From the NCBI GenBank assembly GCA_039028615.1, contig JBCCHT010000003.1, positions 352,001 through 416,000 on the forward strand: a DNA stretch of 64,000 nucleotides. Reading direction: 5' to 3'. Shown one piece after another: positions 48,804-57,442 of the stretch (its first letter is position 1; every line of letters begins with the position of its first letter). Source of the DNA: Myxococcota bacterium. Its GTDB lineage: Bacteria > Myxococcota_A > Polyangia > Nannocystales > Nannocystaceae. The notes below the pieces were generated by a model. The model made no database searches. It was not told the DNA's origin and was given only the letters and a program-made list of their open reading frames with translations. Made by a program: the position numbers and the translations under genes.

Positions 48804-49880
48804 TTAGTCGCGGCGGACGCGTCGGACCTTGCGCACGGTGTGGTGCTCCCGGTGGTTGCGGCGATCGAGTCGCACGGGGATGCCCACGGTGACGCCGGCC
48901 AGCACGCTCATGCCGGTATTGGAGTAATCGGGAAGGTTCTCGAACTTGCGGCGGGCGCTCCACAGCTGCATCACCTCGGCGTTGAGGGCGATGTAGTTGC
49001 TGATCCGCACCTCGAGGCCGGCGTGGAGCTCGAAGCCCACCCGGGCGCTCGCGTCGACCAGCGCGGCCTGCTGCGAGCGCTGGTAGTTCAGCCGCAGGAC
49101 GTCGAGGCCGAAGCCGAGGCCGGCGTAGGGGCGCACGGGGAACTCGTCGAAGAGGTAGACATTGCCGCCGAGGAACAGGGGCACCGAGGTGTAGTCGAGG
49201 CTGCGGGCCTGGCCGGCGGAGAAGCCCGCCTCGCCCGGATCGAAGCGCACGCGGCCTTGCTCGAAGCCGGTGCGGAAGTAGCCGACGAAGCGCGGGTACT
49301 GCCAGGTGCCGCCGGTCTCGAACCACTGGAGCTTGAGGTCCATGCCCTTGACGAAGCCGCAGGCGGTCTTGCCCGCCGGGTCGGCGCAGGCCTTGAACTG
49401 GTTGGCGCGAAGGCGGCCGTCGGAGGTCGAGACCACCCCGCTGGCGCCGACGGGCGAGAACACGGCGCTCGCCTGCAGTCCCATCCACGTGATGTCGCGG
49501 TGGTGGTGGTGATGCTCTTCGATGATCTCCTCGACGTACTCGTCATCGTCGTCATCGTCGTCGTCGTCATCGTCGCTCTCGACGATCACCACCGCTTCAT
49601 CGCCGTCGACGATCTCCACGACCTTCTTGGTCTCGCCGTCCTCCTCGGTCTCGGTGACCTTGACGATCGGCGCGTCGCCGTCGTCGTTCTTGATCTCGAC
49701 CGTCTTCGTGGTCTCGCCGTCTTCGTTGGTCTCGACGGTGATCTCGACGGGGCCGGCCTCGGTGGACTCGACGACCACCGCTTCGTCGCCTTCGCCATCC
49801 GACGCGAACGCGGGGGTGGAAGCGGCAGTGAGCGTCAGGAGCGCGGCGGTGGCGGGCAGGGTGAAGCTGGCAAGTCGCAT
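48804..49880 (-). CDS. Secreted/outer-membrane beta-barrel protein with acidic N-terminus and poly-Asp/poly-His linker
   Basis: Signal peptide ending AFA; amphipathic strands PVRPYAGLGFG and GFELHAGLEVR. Confidence 0.72.
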   Translation of the reverse strand: MRLASFTLPATAALLTLTAASTPAFASDGEGDEAVVVESTEAGPVEITVETNEDGETTKTVEIKNDDGDAPIVKVTETEEDGETKKVVEIVDGDEAVVIVESDDDDDDDDDDDEYVEEIIEEHHHHHRDITWMGLQASAVFSPVGASGVVSTSDGRLRANQFKACADPAGKTACGFVKGMDLKLQWFETGGTWQYPRFVGYFRTGFEQGRVRFDPGEAGFSAGQARSLDYTSVPLFLGGNVYLFDEFPVRPYAGLGFGLDVLRLNYQRSQQAALVDASARVGFELHAGLEVRISNYIALNAEVMQLWSARRKFENLPDYSNTGMSVLAGVTVGIPVRLDRRNHREHHTVRKVRRVRRD

Positions 49881-49986
49881 GGGGACAGTTCCTCGTCGGG
49901 TTCGAGGTCCCCTATTCGCGACCCGCCACGGCGGGTTGAAAAAAGTGCTCGCGGGATCGCCGCTGCCTGAAAACGGCGCTCGAGGG

Positions 49987-50313
49987 CTATGGGAAGCGCT
50001 CGACGAAGGCGTGGATGGCTGCCGTAGCCGCCTCGCTCTGGCCGTTTTCGACCGCGTCGCGGCGCGGGATCTGCTCGACGATTGTGTCCAGCTCGGCCTT
50101 CATGGCCTCGAAATCGCGGTCGGCGGCCTCGCGGTTGGGGCAGCAGCGGGTGTGCATCATCCAGCCGTAGACCCCGCAGGTGATGGAAAACGGAGCCAAG
50201 ATCCCGCCCTCTTCGAGGGTGATGCGGGCGCCCGTCGTCTGTTCGTCGCGCCGGATCACGCCGCCGTCGCTGCCCGTCTCGTCCGGGCTGAACACATCGA
50301 TCCAGTGGGCCAC
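49987..50313 (-). CDS. Hypothetical protein
   Basis: GSDGGVIRRDE...ARITLE...ITCGVYGWMMHT; GTG start after a GGAG-like RBS region. Confidence 0.65.
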   Translation of the reverse strand: MAHWIDVFSPDETGSDGGVIRRDEQTTGARITLEEGGILAPFSITCGVYGWMMHTRCCPNREAADRDFEAMKAELDTIVEQIPRRDAVENGQSEAATAAIHAFVERFP

Positions 50314-50320
50314 GCCGCCC

Positions 50321-51052
50321 TCAGGGCGGGAGCTCGACCGGCCACCCGAGAATGAAGTGTCGCGCCGCTCGTCGAAAGCTCTCGTCGTCGGCGAACACCT
50401 GGTGCAGCGCGTCCGAGAGGAACGGGGCGGCACCCGCATGCGTATGGGTGCCGTCGCCCACCAGCGCGGCCAGCCACTGCACGAGCTGCGCAATTTCGGC
50501 GGCGATGGGAGTCTCGGATGGCAACCCGCTGCGGCTGCCCATCGACCACCCCGACAAGAACGCCAGCAGCTCGTCCATCGAGCCGTGCGCGGTGAACATC
50601 GTGGGGCGGCGGAACAGCAGCATGAGGTTCGACGGCATGGCCGGGGTCTCGCGCCACTGCGAACGGTCGAGCACCATCATGCCCCCCTGAAAGGGAACGT
50701 AGGTGTGCGGCAGGAACAGGTCGTCGTTCTCGGGCGACCACGGCGGAGTCATCGTCAGCCAGAAGTCGCCTTCGAGCCGCTCTTCGACCGATTGCTCTCG
50801 TACCGGATCGCTCTGAATCTCGTAGCGCAGCAGCTGAAGCCGATGCTCCGCCGACAGCTCGTAGACCGAGATGTAGCCCGCCCAGTTGTCGGAGGACTGG
50901 CGGATGTCGCCGTCGAGAGCTGGCGCGGCCTCGAACCGGTAGTCGTCGCCGCCCAGCGAGATGTCACCGGTCACGACATTGTGCAATTCGAGCCCGGCGA
51001 GCTCCGCGATGGGCACTCGTTGCAACAACACATCTGGGCGTTGCGTCGTAAT
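50321..51052 (-). CDS. Hypothetical protein; likely original start is an ATT codon at 51052 (first GTG at 51031)
   Basis: The ORF is bounded upstream by an in-frame TAG. TGG-TAGAGT lies 6 nt before ATT-ACG-ACG-CAA. Confidence 0.55.
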   Translation of the reverse strand: MTTQRPDVLLQRVPIAELAGLELHNVVTGDISLGGDDYRFEAAPALDGDIRQSSDNWAGYISVYELSAEHRLQLLRYEIQSDPVREQSVEERLEGDFWLTMTPPWSPENDDLFLPHTYVPFQGGMMVLDRSQWRETPAMPSNLMLLFRRPTMFTAHGSMDELLAFLSGWSMGSRSGLPSETPIAAEIAQLVQWLAALVGDGTHTHAGAAPFLSDALHQVFADDESFRRAARHFILGWPVELPP

Positions 51053-51153
51053 GGCCGGACTCTACCACGGCACAATGGGCTCCAGCCGTGTGCGGAAGTT
51101 GCCGACGAACACTCACGTTTCTTCGCGCGGGTGACGATGGCCAAAGCGTGCCA

Positions 51154-52746
51154 TCACCCGCGATGGCCCTGCAGGTACCCGGCCATGAGTGCTGGTTCGG
51201 TGGCGTGCTTCATCGCTTCTTCCGTCGTCAACATGCCGCGTCTCACCAAGCTGGCCATGCACGCCTCGAACGAGAGCATGCCGTCGGCGCGACCCTTCTG
51301 AATCTCGCTTTGGATCTGGTGGCCACGGCCCTCGCGGATCTTGGTGGCGACGGGCGTATTGACCCGCAGTATCTCGACGGCGGGCACGCGCTGCGGCCAA
51401 GTGCGCCCCGGTAGGAGCCGCTGGGTGACGATGGCCCGCAGCGCCCCCGCGAGCTGGAAGCGAACCTGCCCCTGCTGATGCTCGGGGAACGAGTCGATCA
51501 CGCGATCGAGGGCCATGGCCGCGTCGGCGGCATGAAGTGTGCTGAGCACCAGGTGACCCGTCTCGGCGGCGGTCAGGGCGGCGGCCATCGTCTCGTGGTC
51601 TCGCATCTCGCCCACCAGGATCACGTCGGGGCTCTCGCGCAGGGCGGAGCGCAGGCCTTCGCTGAACGAGCTGACGTGCACGCCGAGCTGTCGCTGATGC
51701 ACCAGCGCCCGACGATGCTGATACTGATACTCGATCGGATCTTCGAGGGTGATGATGTGCTTGGCCGCGCTGCGATTGAGCTGCTCGATGAGCGCGACCA
51801 AGGTGGTGGACTTGCCCGAGCCCGCGGTGCCGGTCATCAACACCAGCCCGCTGCGCAGCGCGACGAGGGGACCGAGCTCGGCGGGGAGGTTCAGCACGTC
51901 GAGCGTCGGCGGATCGGCGCGGACCGGTCGCAGCGCGAGCGCCAGCCCGCTGCTCTGCAAGAACAGGTTGCCGCGATAGCGCTGGGCCCGGCCTTGGGTA
52001 CCGATGCGCAGCGCGAGGTCGGCACTGCCGCGGTTGTGGAGCTCATGCCGAGCCCTCGGCCCGAACACGGGGGCCACCAGCGCCCGCAGCTGGTTCTCGT
52101 CCACCGGGTGCTGGCCGAGCTCGGTCAGCTCCCCGCCGATGCGCAGGCGAACGTTGCTGCCGTGGGACAGCAGGATGTCGCTGGCGTTCTCGTCGTGCGC
52201 CCGAGCCAAGATGGCGGCGAAGGGCCCGGGGTCGAGCAGCGGATCGGCGGTGATGGCCTCGAGCGCAGGCGGCTGCGTCGGCGGAGGCGGCGGTTGGTTG
52301 GCCGCGGCCGGGGTCGAGGTGCTCTCGGGCGGAGGAGGCGGTGGCGTGGCCGCGGTGAGATCGGGCGGCGCACTCGGAAAGGAGGGCGCCGGCTTCGGTG
52401 GCTCGTCGGCGGCCGGAGTTGACGATTGCGTCGCCGTGTCCTCGCTCTTGTGACGAAGTGTCAGCCGAGGCCCGTCGGCGCGGGGCTCCACGAGCACGCC
52501 GTAGGTGTTCCCGTCCTCGGCGTCGTAGCTGGTCTCGACGTTGTGTCCTTCGCCCAGGCTCTGGCGCTGGCTCGAATCGAGCAGGTCCTGGAGCATGGAC
52601 TCGACCATGTCGCGGCCGAGCGCGGGCATCGACAGCGTCTGCGGCTCGCCTCGCTTGGAGAGCCAGGGCGGCTCGGTCGAGGGAATGACCAACAGATCTG
52701 CCCGCTGCGCGGACATGAGATTGAGTAAGGAGTCGACGAGAGCCAT
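51154..52746 (-). CDS. pilT: PilT/PilU-family type IV pilus retraction ATPase with an extra N-terminal domain
   Basis: Motifs GTAGSGKSTT, TLEDPIEY, ALRESPDVILVGEMRD and AAETGHLVLSTLH. Confidence 0.88.
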   Translation of the reverse strand: MALVDSLLNLMSAQRADLLVIPSTEPPWLSKRGEPQTLSMPALGRDMVESMLQDLLDSSQRQSLGEGHNVETSYDAEDGNTYGVLVEPRADGPRLTLRHKSEDTATQSSTPAADEPPKPAPSFPSAPPDLTAATPPPPPPESTSTPAAANQPPPPPTQPPALEAITADPLLDPGPFAAILARAHDENASDILLSHGSNVRLRIGGELTELGQHPVDENQLRALVAPVFGPRARHELHNRGSADLALRIGTQGRAQRYRGNLFLQSSGLALALRPVRADPPTLDVLNLPAELGPLVALRSGLVLMTGTAGSGKSTTLVALIEQLNRSAAKHIITLEDPIEYQYQHRRALVHQRQLGVHVSSFSEGLRSALRESPDVILVGEMRDHETMAAALTAAETGHLVLSTLHAADAAMALDRVIDSFPEHQQGQVRFQLAGALRAIVTQRLLPGRTWPQRVPAVEILRVNTPVATKIREGRGHQIQSEIQKGRADGMLSFEACMASLVRRGMLTTEEAMKHATEPALMAGYLQGHRG

Positions 52747-52902
52747 CGCGTACCGAGTGCGTCTGCACTCAGCATGCCAGGCCCACGACGGGCGGGGGCG
52801 ACGCGTCGGAATCGTCGCGGACGGGGGCTTGGCGGGCGCCCCATGGCGGCGGCCGATCGGGCCCGGGAGGCCCGACCGCCGCGGTCGAGGATCCGTCTCG
52901 GC

Positions 52903-53220
52903 TCAGATGCCGCGGACGGTCGTACAGATCTTGCCGTAGAGCCGACCGTAGCCGGTGTACACGGTGTCGACGGTCACGATCTGATTGATGCCCGCCTGCT
53001 TCTTGGCGGTACCGATCGAGCTGTCGCCGAGCGAAACGATGCCCGCGATGTTCTGCGAGCAGGTCTGACCGGCCTTCTCGGCCTTGCCCATTTCGGTGAC
53101 GTCGAGAGACTCGGCGTGCCCCATATAGGTGGCGTTGCCGGTCTGTGAGCTCATGGTGACGCAACCGCTCAGGGGCACCGACGCGACGAGGATCGCGAGT
53201 GCAGTGATGAGCTTGGGCAT
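52903..53220 (-). CDS. TRL-like family lipoprotein
   Basis: Lipobox LSGC; G.TCSQNIAGIVSLGDSSI..AK..G...VD...ICTTVRG. Confidence 0.75.
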   Translation of the reverse strand: MPKLITALAILVASVPLSGCVTMSSQTGNATYMGHAESLDVTEMGKAEKAGQTCSQNIAGIVSLGDSSIGTAKKQAGINQIVTVDTVYTGYGRLYGKICTTVRGI

Positions 53221-53224
53221 CGGC

Positions 53225-53542
53225 TCAGGACCCCCGCACGATGGTGCAGACCCGGCCGTAGAACCCGAGGATGCTGAGGAGCTTGTAGTCGACGGACGAT
53301 ACGGTGGTGATCTGTCCGGTCGTCTTGGCGCTGGCGATCGAGCTGTCGCCGATGGCCACGATGCCCAGAATGTTCTGAGAGCACGAACGGCCTTCTTTGT
53401 CGGCTCCGGCCACGGAGGTGGCGGTTCCGGCCTCGGTTTGAAGCGCGATCGCGGCGGGACCCGTCCTCGCGCCTACGGTGGCACAGCCGCCTCCCAGCAT
53501 CGAGGCGCAGACGAGCATACAAAAAGTGGTCTTGGCACGCAT
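53225..53542 (-). CDS. TRL-like family lipoprotein (tandem paralog)
   Basis: Lipobox GGGC; GRSCSQNILGIVAIGDSSI..AK...VDY...VCTIVRG. Confidence 0.75.
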   Translation of the reverse strand: MRAKTTFCMLVCASMLGGGCATVGARTGPAAIALQTEAGTATSVAGADKEGRSCSQNILGIVAIGDSSIASAKTTGQITTVSSVDYKLLSILGFYGRVCTIVRGS

Positions 53543-53603
53543 TGTTCGGCATCGTAGAGAGGCCTTGAAACCCACTCCAAAAAACAGGCAAAACCCGACA
53601 GCG

Positions 53604-54101
53604 ATGCGAGCGCTTGCATACACAGTGGCCCTGTTTGGAACAGTTGCGAGCCTTGGATGTGTAAACAAGGTCGTTCGTTTTACTCAACGAGACATGGCGG
53701 GTCGCCACGATGGTTGTCCGCCCATGACGGTGAGCGTCGACGAGCGCGAGGCTCCGCTCGTGCACGCCGAAGGCTGCGGCGTCACGAGTGACTACATGCC
53801 GGTTTGTGCCGGTCGGGCGTGCAACGTCAATCCCGTCTCGAATGCACTTCGGCTCGCCGCGTTCGAGGCGGAGTGTGAAGACACCGAGATGACGGTCGAG
53901 TCGACCGAAGGCCACGATGTGGTGATCGTCGGCTGTGGGTGGCGCTTCGGTTATCGCGCGACGCTGCAGGGATGGGCCAAGACCTCGGCCGAGGAAACCG
54001 GCGAGCCCAGCCCCGGCACCGATGAACTCGCAGAGGACTCGGACGAGGCCGAAGACGACGCGGACGAGCGGGCCGAAGGCGAGCCCGAAACGTCGCTCTA
54101 G
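53604..54101 (+). CDS. Hypothetical lipoprotein with acidic tail
   Basis: Lipobox SLGC; two repeats of a C..(V)..GCG module. Confidence 0.65.
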   Translation: MRALAYTVALFGTVASLGCVNKVVRFTQRDMAGRHDGCPPMTVSVDEREAPLVHAEGCGVTSDYMPVCAGRACNVNPVSNALRLAAFEAECEDTEMTVESTEGHDVVIVGCGWRFGYRATLQGWAKTSAEETGEPSPGTDELAEDSDEAEDDADERAEGEPETSL

Positions 54102-54117
54102 CGCGCTGCGGCGCCGC

Positions 54118-54465
54118 TCAGCTGGCGCTTCCCGACCAGTTCAGCGTGGACTCGGTCTCGCCCTGATCGGCCTCGGTACGCCACTGCAGGTGCTCGGTCG
54201 CCCATCGGGCGACCGCGTCGGGGTCGGGCTCGTCTTTGACCAGCTCGGCTGCGACCGCGTCGCAGGCCCGCGCCCCCTCGAGCGCGCTATTGGACACGCC
54301 CGTGGTGCGCTCCTTGGGCTCGCGGCCCGGCAGCATCACGACCCAGCCCCATTCCTTGCCGTCGTCGTCGTTGGCGGCGAGGAAGGCAAACAGCTTGCCG
54401 TCTTCGAATCGCGCCATTCGGTGGTGCTGGTACTTCCACTGCCCGACGACTCCGACCTCCCGCAT
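54118..54465 (-). CDS. Hypothetical protein
   Basis: Coding-like ORF MREVGVVGQWKYQ... Confidence 0.55.
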   Translation of the reverse strand: MREVGVVGQWKYQHHRMARFEDGKLFAFLAANDDDGKEWGWVVMLPGREPKERTTGVSNSALEGARACDAVAAELVKDEPDPDAVARWATEHLQWRTEADQGETESTLNWSGSAS

Positions 54466-54664
54466 CGCGGCTACGCTATCTCGCGGCGCTTTCGGCCGCA
54501 AGCGAGGAATCACCTATCGAACGCCGTTCCTCCCGCCCACGGTCGTCTTCGCGACGCAGGATCGCCCCACCGAGACCGCTTGTTTTAAGCCGACCTTAAG
54601 TACCCGCGCCCAGGCCTTCGCCCTACCTTCAGCGCACACCCCATCGGGGAGGGAGCAACGAATC

Positions 54665-54982
54665 ATGACTCAACGACGGACGCGAGCACGCCTCGCCTGC
54701 GCGGCAATCATGTTCACGGCGGTGTTCGCCGTGGCGCTGGGCTCGGGCCGCTCGGCACAGGCCGAGGGGGAGACCCCCTGCACGGCCAAATCCTTCAAGA
54801 ACGGCAAGGTGGAGGCCGCCTGCCGAGCGGGAGGGCGCACCGAGGCGAAGAAGCTGATGAAGACCGTGGTCAAGAAGGCCAAGGCGGCGGGTGAGTCGAT
54901 GAATTGCAAGTCATGTCACTCCTCCCTCAAGGACTTTGCGCTCACCCCCAATGCGGTGGCGGATCTGGAGAAGTGGCTATGA
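54665..54982 (+). CDS. Small secreted, basic c-type cytochrome-like protein
   Basis: Signal peptide ending AQA, CKSCH motif and a GGAG RBS. Confidence 0.7.
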   Translation: MTQRRTRARLACAAIMFTAVFAVALGSGRSAQAEGETPCTAKSFKNGKVEAACRAGGRTEAKKLMKTVVKKAKAAGESMNCKSCHSSLKDFALTPNAVADLEKWL

Positions 54983-55437
54983 AGTGGCAAGGACTATGGA
55001 TCGCATGTGCGCTGGCGTCGACGATGCCGGCCTGTGACCCGGAGACGGACGAGGACACGGGAGCGGCGGGCACCGACGACGGCGATGCGAGCGGTGACGA
55101 CGACGCCAACGCGGACGGCTCGGGCGGAGACGCGGCCGGGTTCGCGAATACGGTGGGCCCCGTGCTCACCGCGAACTGCAGCTGCCACATCACGGGCGCG
55201 GGCGGCTTGTCGTTCGGCGACGATGCCTACGCCGCGATCGTGGGCGTGGCCGCGGCCGGGGCCGACCTCAACTACATCGAGCCCAACGACGTCGAAGCCA
55301 GCTACATCGTGCACAAGATCCGCGGCACCCAGGATTCGGTGGGCGGTGGCGGTGACGTGATGCCGCCCGGCGGCATGGTCAGCGATGCTGACGTCCAGAC
55401 GATCGTGGACTGGATCGAAGCGGGCGCGCCCGAGTAG
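54979..55437 (+). CDS. Lipoprotein, cytochrome c-like with atypical CxCH motif
   Basis: Lipobox MPAC; NCSCH...MPPGG...I..WI..GA. ATGA overlap. Confidence 0.7.
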   Translation: MKWQGLWIACALASTMPACDPETDEDTGAAGTDDGDASGDDDANADGSGGDAAGFANTVGPVLTANCSCHITGAGGLSFGDDAYAAIVGVAAAGADLNYIEPNDVEASYIVHKIRGTQDSVGGGGDVMPPGGMVSDADVQTIVDWIEAGAPE

Positions 55438-55452
55438 GCGCCTCATCGCGGC

Positions 55453-56610
55453 CTAGCGCCGCGGCGGAGCGATCCACAGGGTCAGCTGCGCCGCGGTGGT
55501 CAGCTCGATCCCACCGAGGCGGAACAATACGTCCGGCGGGGCTCCGGCCAGCGCCGAGTCGTAGGCGAAGATGCGGGCCGAGCCGCCCGTGCCCAGCACG
55601 CTGACACCCAGCTCGGTGCGCAGGCCGACCTGCAGCAGCAGCGTGGGCGTGACGCGGAATCGGGCCGATGGTTCGATGGCCGCCAGCGCGCCCCACAGCG
55701 GGGTGGCTCGCCCGTCGCCGAGCGGCGTCGCCGTGTCCTGCTGCCCGTCGAAGCGGACGACCCAGGGCTCCACGGTGGGTCCGGCCACGGCCGTGACCCC
55801 GAATCGCTCGTGTCGCCACGCATAGCCGCCCGCCAGGTGCAGGCGGTTGCGCCATAGTCGATGCCCGAGCGCACCGCGGCCTCCGACCCGCAGCCCCAGC
55901 TCGACCAGCCAGCCCCGACGCGCGCGTCCGGCTACCCGCGCCGCGCCGCCCAGCGCCGAGAAGCCGCGGTTGTCCGCGGGCGCGAGGCCAAAGGTCGGGT
56001 GCAGTGCCAACGAGACCCCGAGCTCGTAGGGCGGAGGCTCGGGTGGACCAGGCTCCTCGGGTTCGGGCTCCGGCTCGGGTTCGGGCTCCGGTTCCGCGGG
56101 CGGCGTGTCGTCGGCGGGTTCGGGCTCGGGCTCCGGCTCGGGTCGCGGGATCTCGACCTGCTCTTCGTCGGCCTCGATCTGCTCCTGCTCGATCGCCACC
56201 AGCGTATTGGCCACCGTGGTCGCGATGCTCCGCAGGGGACGCTCGGCCTCGGGCTCGAGACGCCGCAGATAGGCCCGTTGATCGGACAGCACGATGGTCA
56301 GCCCGACGGGCGAATCGGGCCCGGCCTCGACCACCACTTCCACATAAGCGAACAGCTGCCCCTCGAGCGCTTTGAAGGTCGCATCCTCGAAGGGCAGGAT
56401 CTCGAGATCGGGCAGGCGTGGTTGCAGGGCCTCCCGCAGCTCGCTCCACTCGGCGCCTTCGACCCGCAGGATGGCGGTGCGGATCTCGGTGGTCTCCGCG
56501 GGCGGAGCGTCGGGCACCTGGGCTTCGGCGGCGGGCCCGGCCACGGCGAGCGGGGCGGGGCCGACCAGCAGCCCCACCGCGACGAGCACCTGGGCGACCC
56601 AACGCGTCAC
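55453..56610 (-). CDS. Secreted/outer-membrane hypothetical protein with (PE)n linker and C-terminal beta-strand domain
   Basis: Signal peptide, PEPEPE linker and amphipathic strands; last gene of the ECF operon. Confidence 0.7.
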   Translation of the reverse strand: MTRWVAQVLVAVGLLVGPAPLAVAGPAAEAQVPDAPPAETTEIRTAILRVEGAEWSELREALQPRLPDLEILPFEDATFKALEGQLFAYVEVVVEAGPDSPVGLTIVLSDQRAYLRRLEPEAERPLRSIATTVANTLVAIEQEQIEADEEQVEIPRPEPEPEPEPADDTPPAEPEPEPEPEPEPEEPGPPEPPPYELGVSLALHPTFGLAPADNRGFSALGGAARVAGRARRGWLVELGLRVGGRGALGHRLWRNRLHLAGGYAWRHERFGVTAVAGPTVEPWVVRFDGQQDTATPLGDGRATPLWGALAAIEPSARFRVTPTLLLQVGLRTELGVSVLGTGGSARIFAYDSALAGAPPDVLFRLGGIELTTAAQLTLWIAPPRR

Positions 56611-56611
56611 T

Positions 56612-57442
56612 TCAAGAAGGGTAGCAGCCGGGACTCCACGGGAAGTCGCAGCAGCTGTTGGCTGCATCCGCACAGCACGTGTGGCCGGGGAAGGAGGGGC
56701 AGCAGGAGATCACGTCGAAGGGACCGCTGCAGCAGACGGACTCGGGGTCGGTACAGCAGGGATTGTTGGGTTCCTGGAGGCAACACTCGGGACTCGCCGA
56801 GTCGATGCAGCAGGGCTCGGCGGGCGAGTAGCAGCACACGCTCTTGGGATCGATGCAGCACCAGGAGCCCGGCGCTACGTCGCAGCACTCGCCGCTGCCG
56901 GGCTGGATACAGCAGGGATGGGACGGGTCGGTGAGGCAGCAGGCGTCGCTACCGGGGTCGGTGCAGCAGGGGCCGAAGGGATCGACGCAACACGGGTCGC
57001 CCGGGTTGAAGCAACAATAGTCCTCCGGGTCCGCGCAGCACGGATCGTCGGGGTTGTTGCAGCAGGGCGACTCGGGATCGGTGCAGCACGGGTCCTTGGA
57101 GCCGCAGCAGGGATCGGCCGGATCGCAGCACCACGGGTCTTTGGGGTTGTCGCAACAATCGGGATCGCCGGGGAAGCTGCAGCACCCCGGCATCGCGTCG
57201 TCGCACGGCGGAGGGCCGCTGTCGTCGCACTGCTCGCCCATGCACGGGCCATCGGTGGGCGGAGGCGGCGTCATGCCGCTGCCCATGCCCATGCCCATGC
57301 CCGTGCTCCCGCTCGTGGTGCCGGGACCGGTGCTCGCCGGGGCGGGCCCGACCAGGAAGTCTTCGGTGGTGCAGGCGAGGGTCAGCCCGGCCAGCCCGAG
57401 GATGGCGATGATTCGATGGTGGCGTCGACGGTTCGTCGTCAC
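56612..57442 (-). CDS. Lipoprotein with 22 vicinal Cys-Cys repeats
   Basis: Lipobox TLAC; (xDPxxPCC)n array. GTGA overlap with the upstream gene. Confidence 0.8.
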   Translation of the reverse strand: MTTNRRRHHRIIAILGLAGLTLACTTEDFLVGPAPASTGPGTTSGSTGMGMGMGSGMTPPPPTDGPCMGEQCDDSGPPPCDDAMPGCCSFPGDPDCCDNPKDPWCCDPADPCCGSKDPCCTDPESPCCNNPDDPCCADPEDYCCFNPGDPCCVDPFGPCCTDPGSDACCLTDPSHPCCIQPGSGECCDVAPGSWCCIDPKSVCCYSPAEPCCIDSASPECCLQEPNNPCCTDPESVCCSGPFDVISCCPSFPGHTCCADAANSCCDFPWSPGCYPS

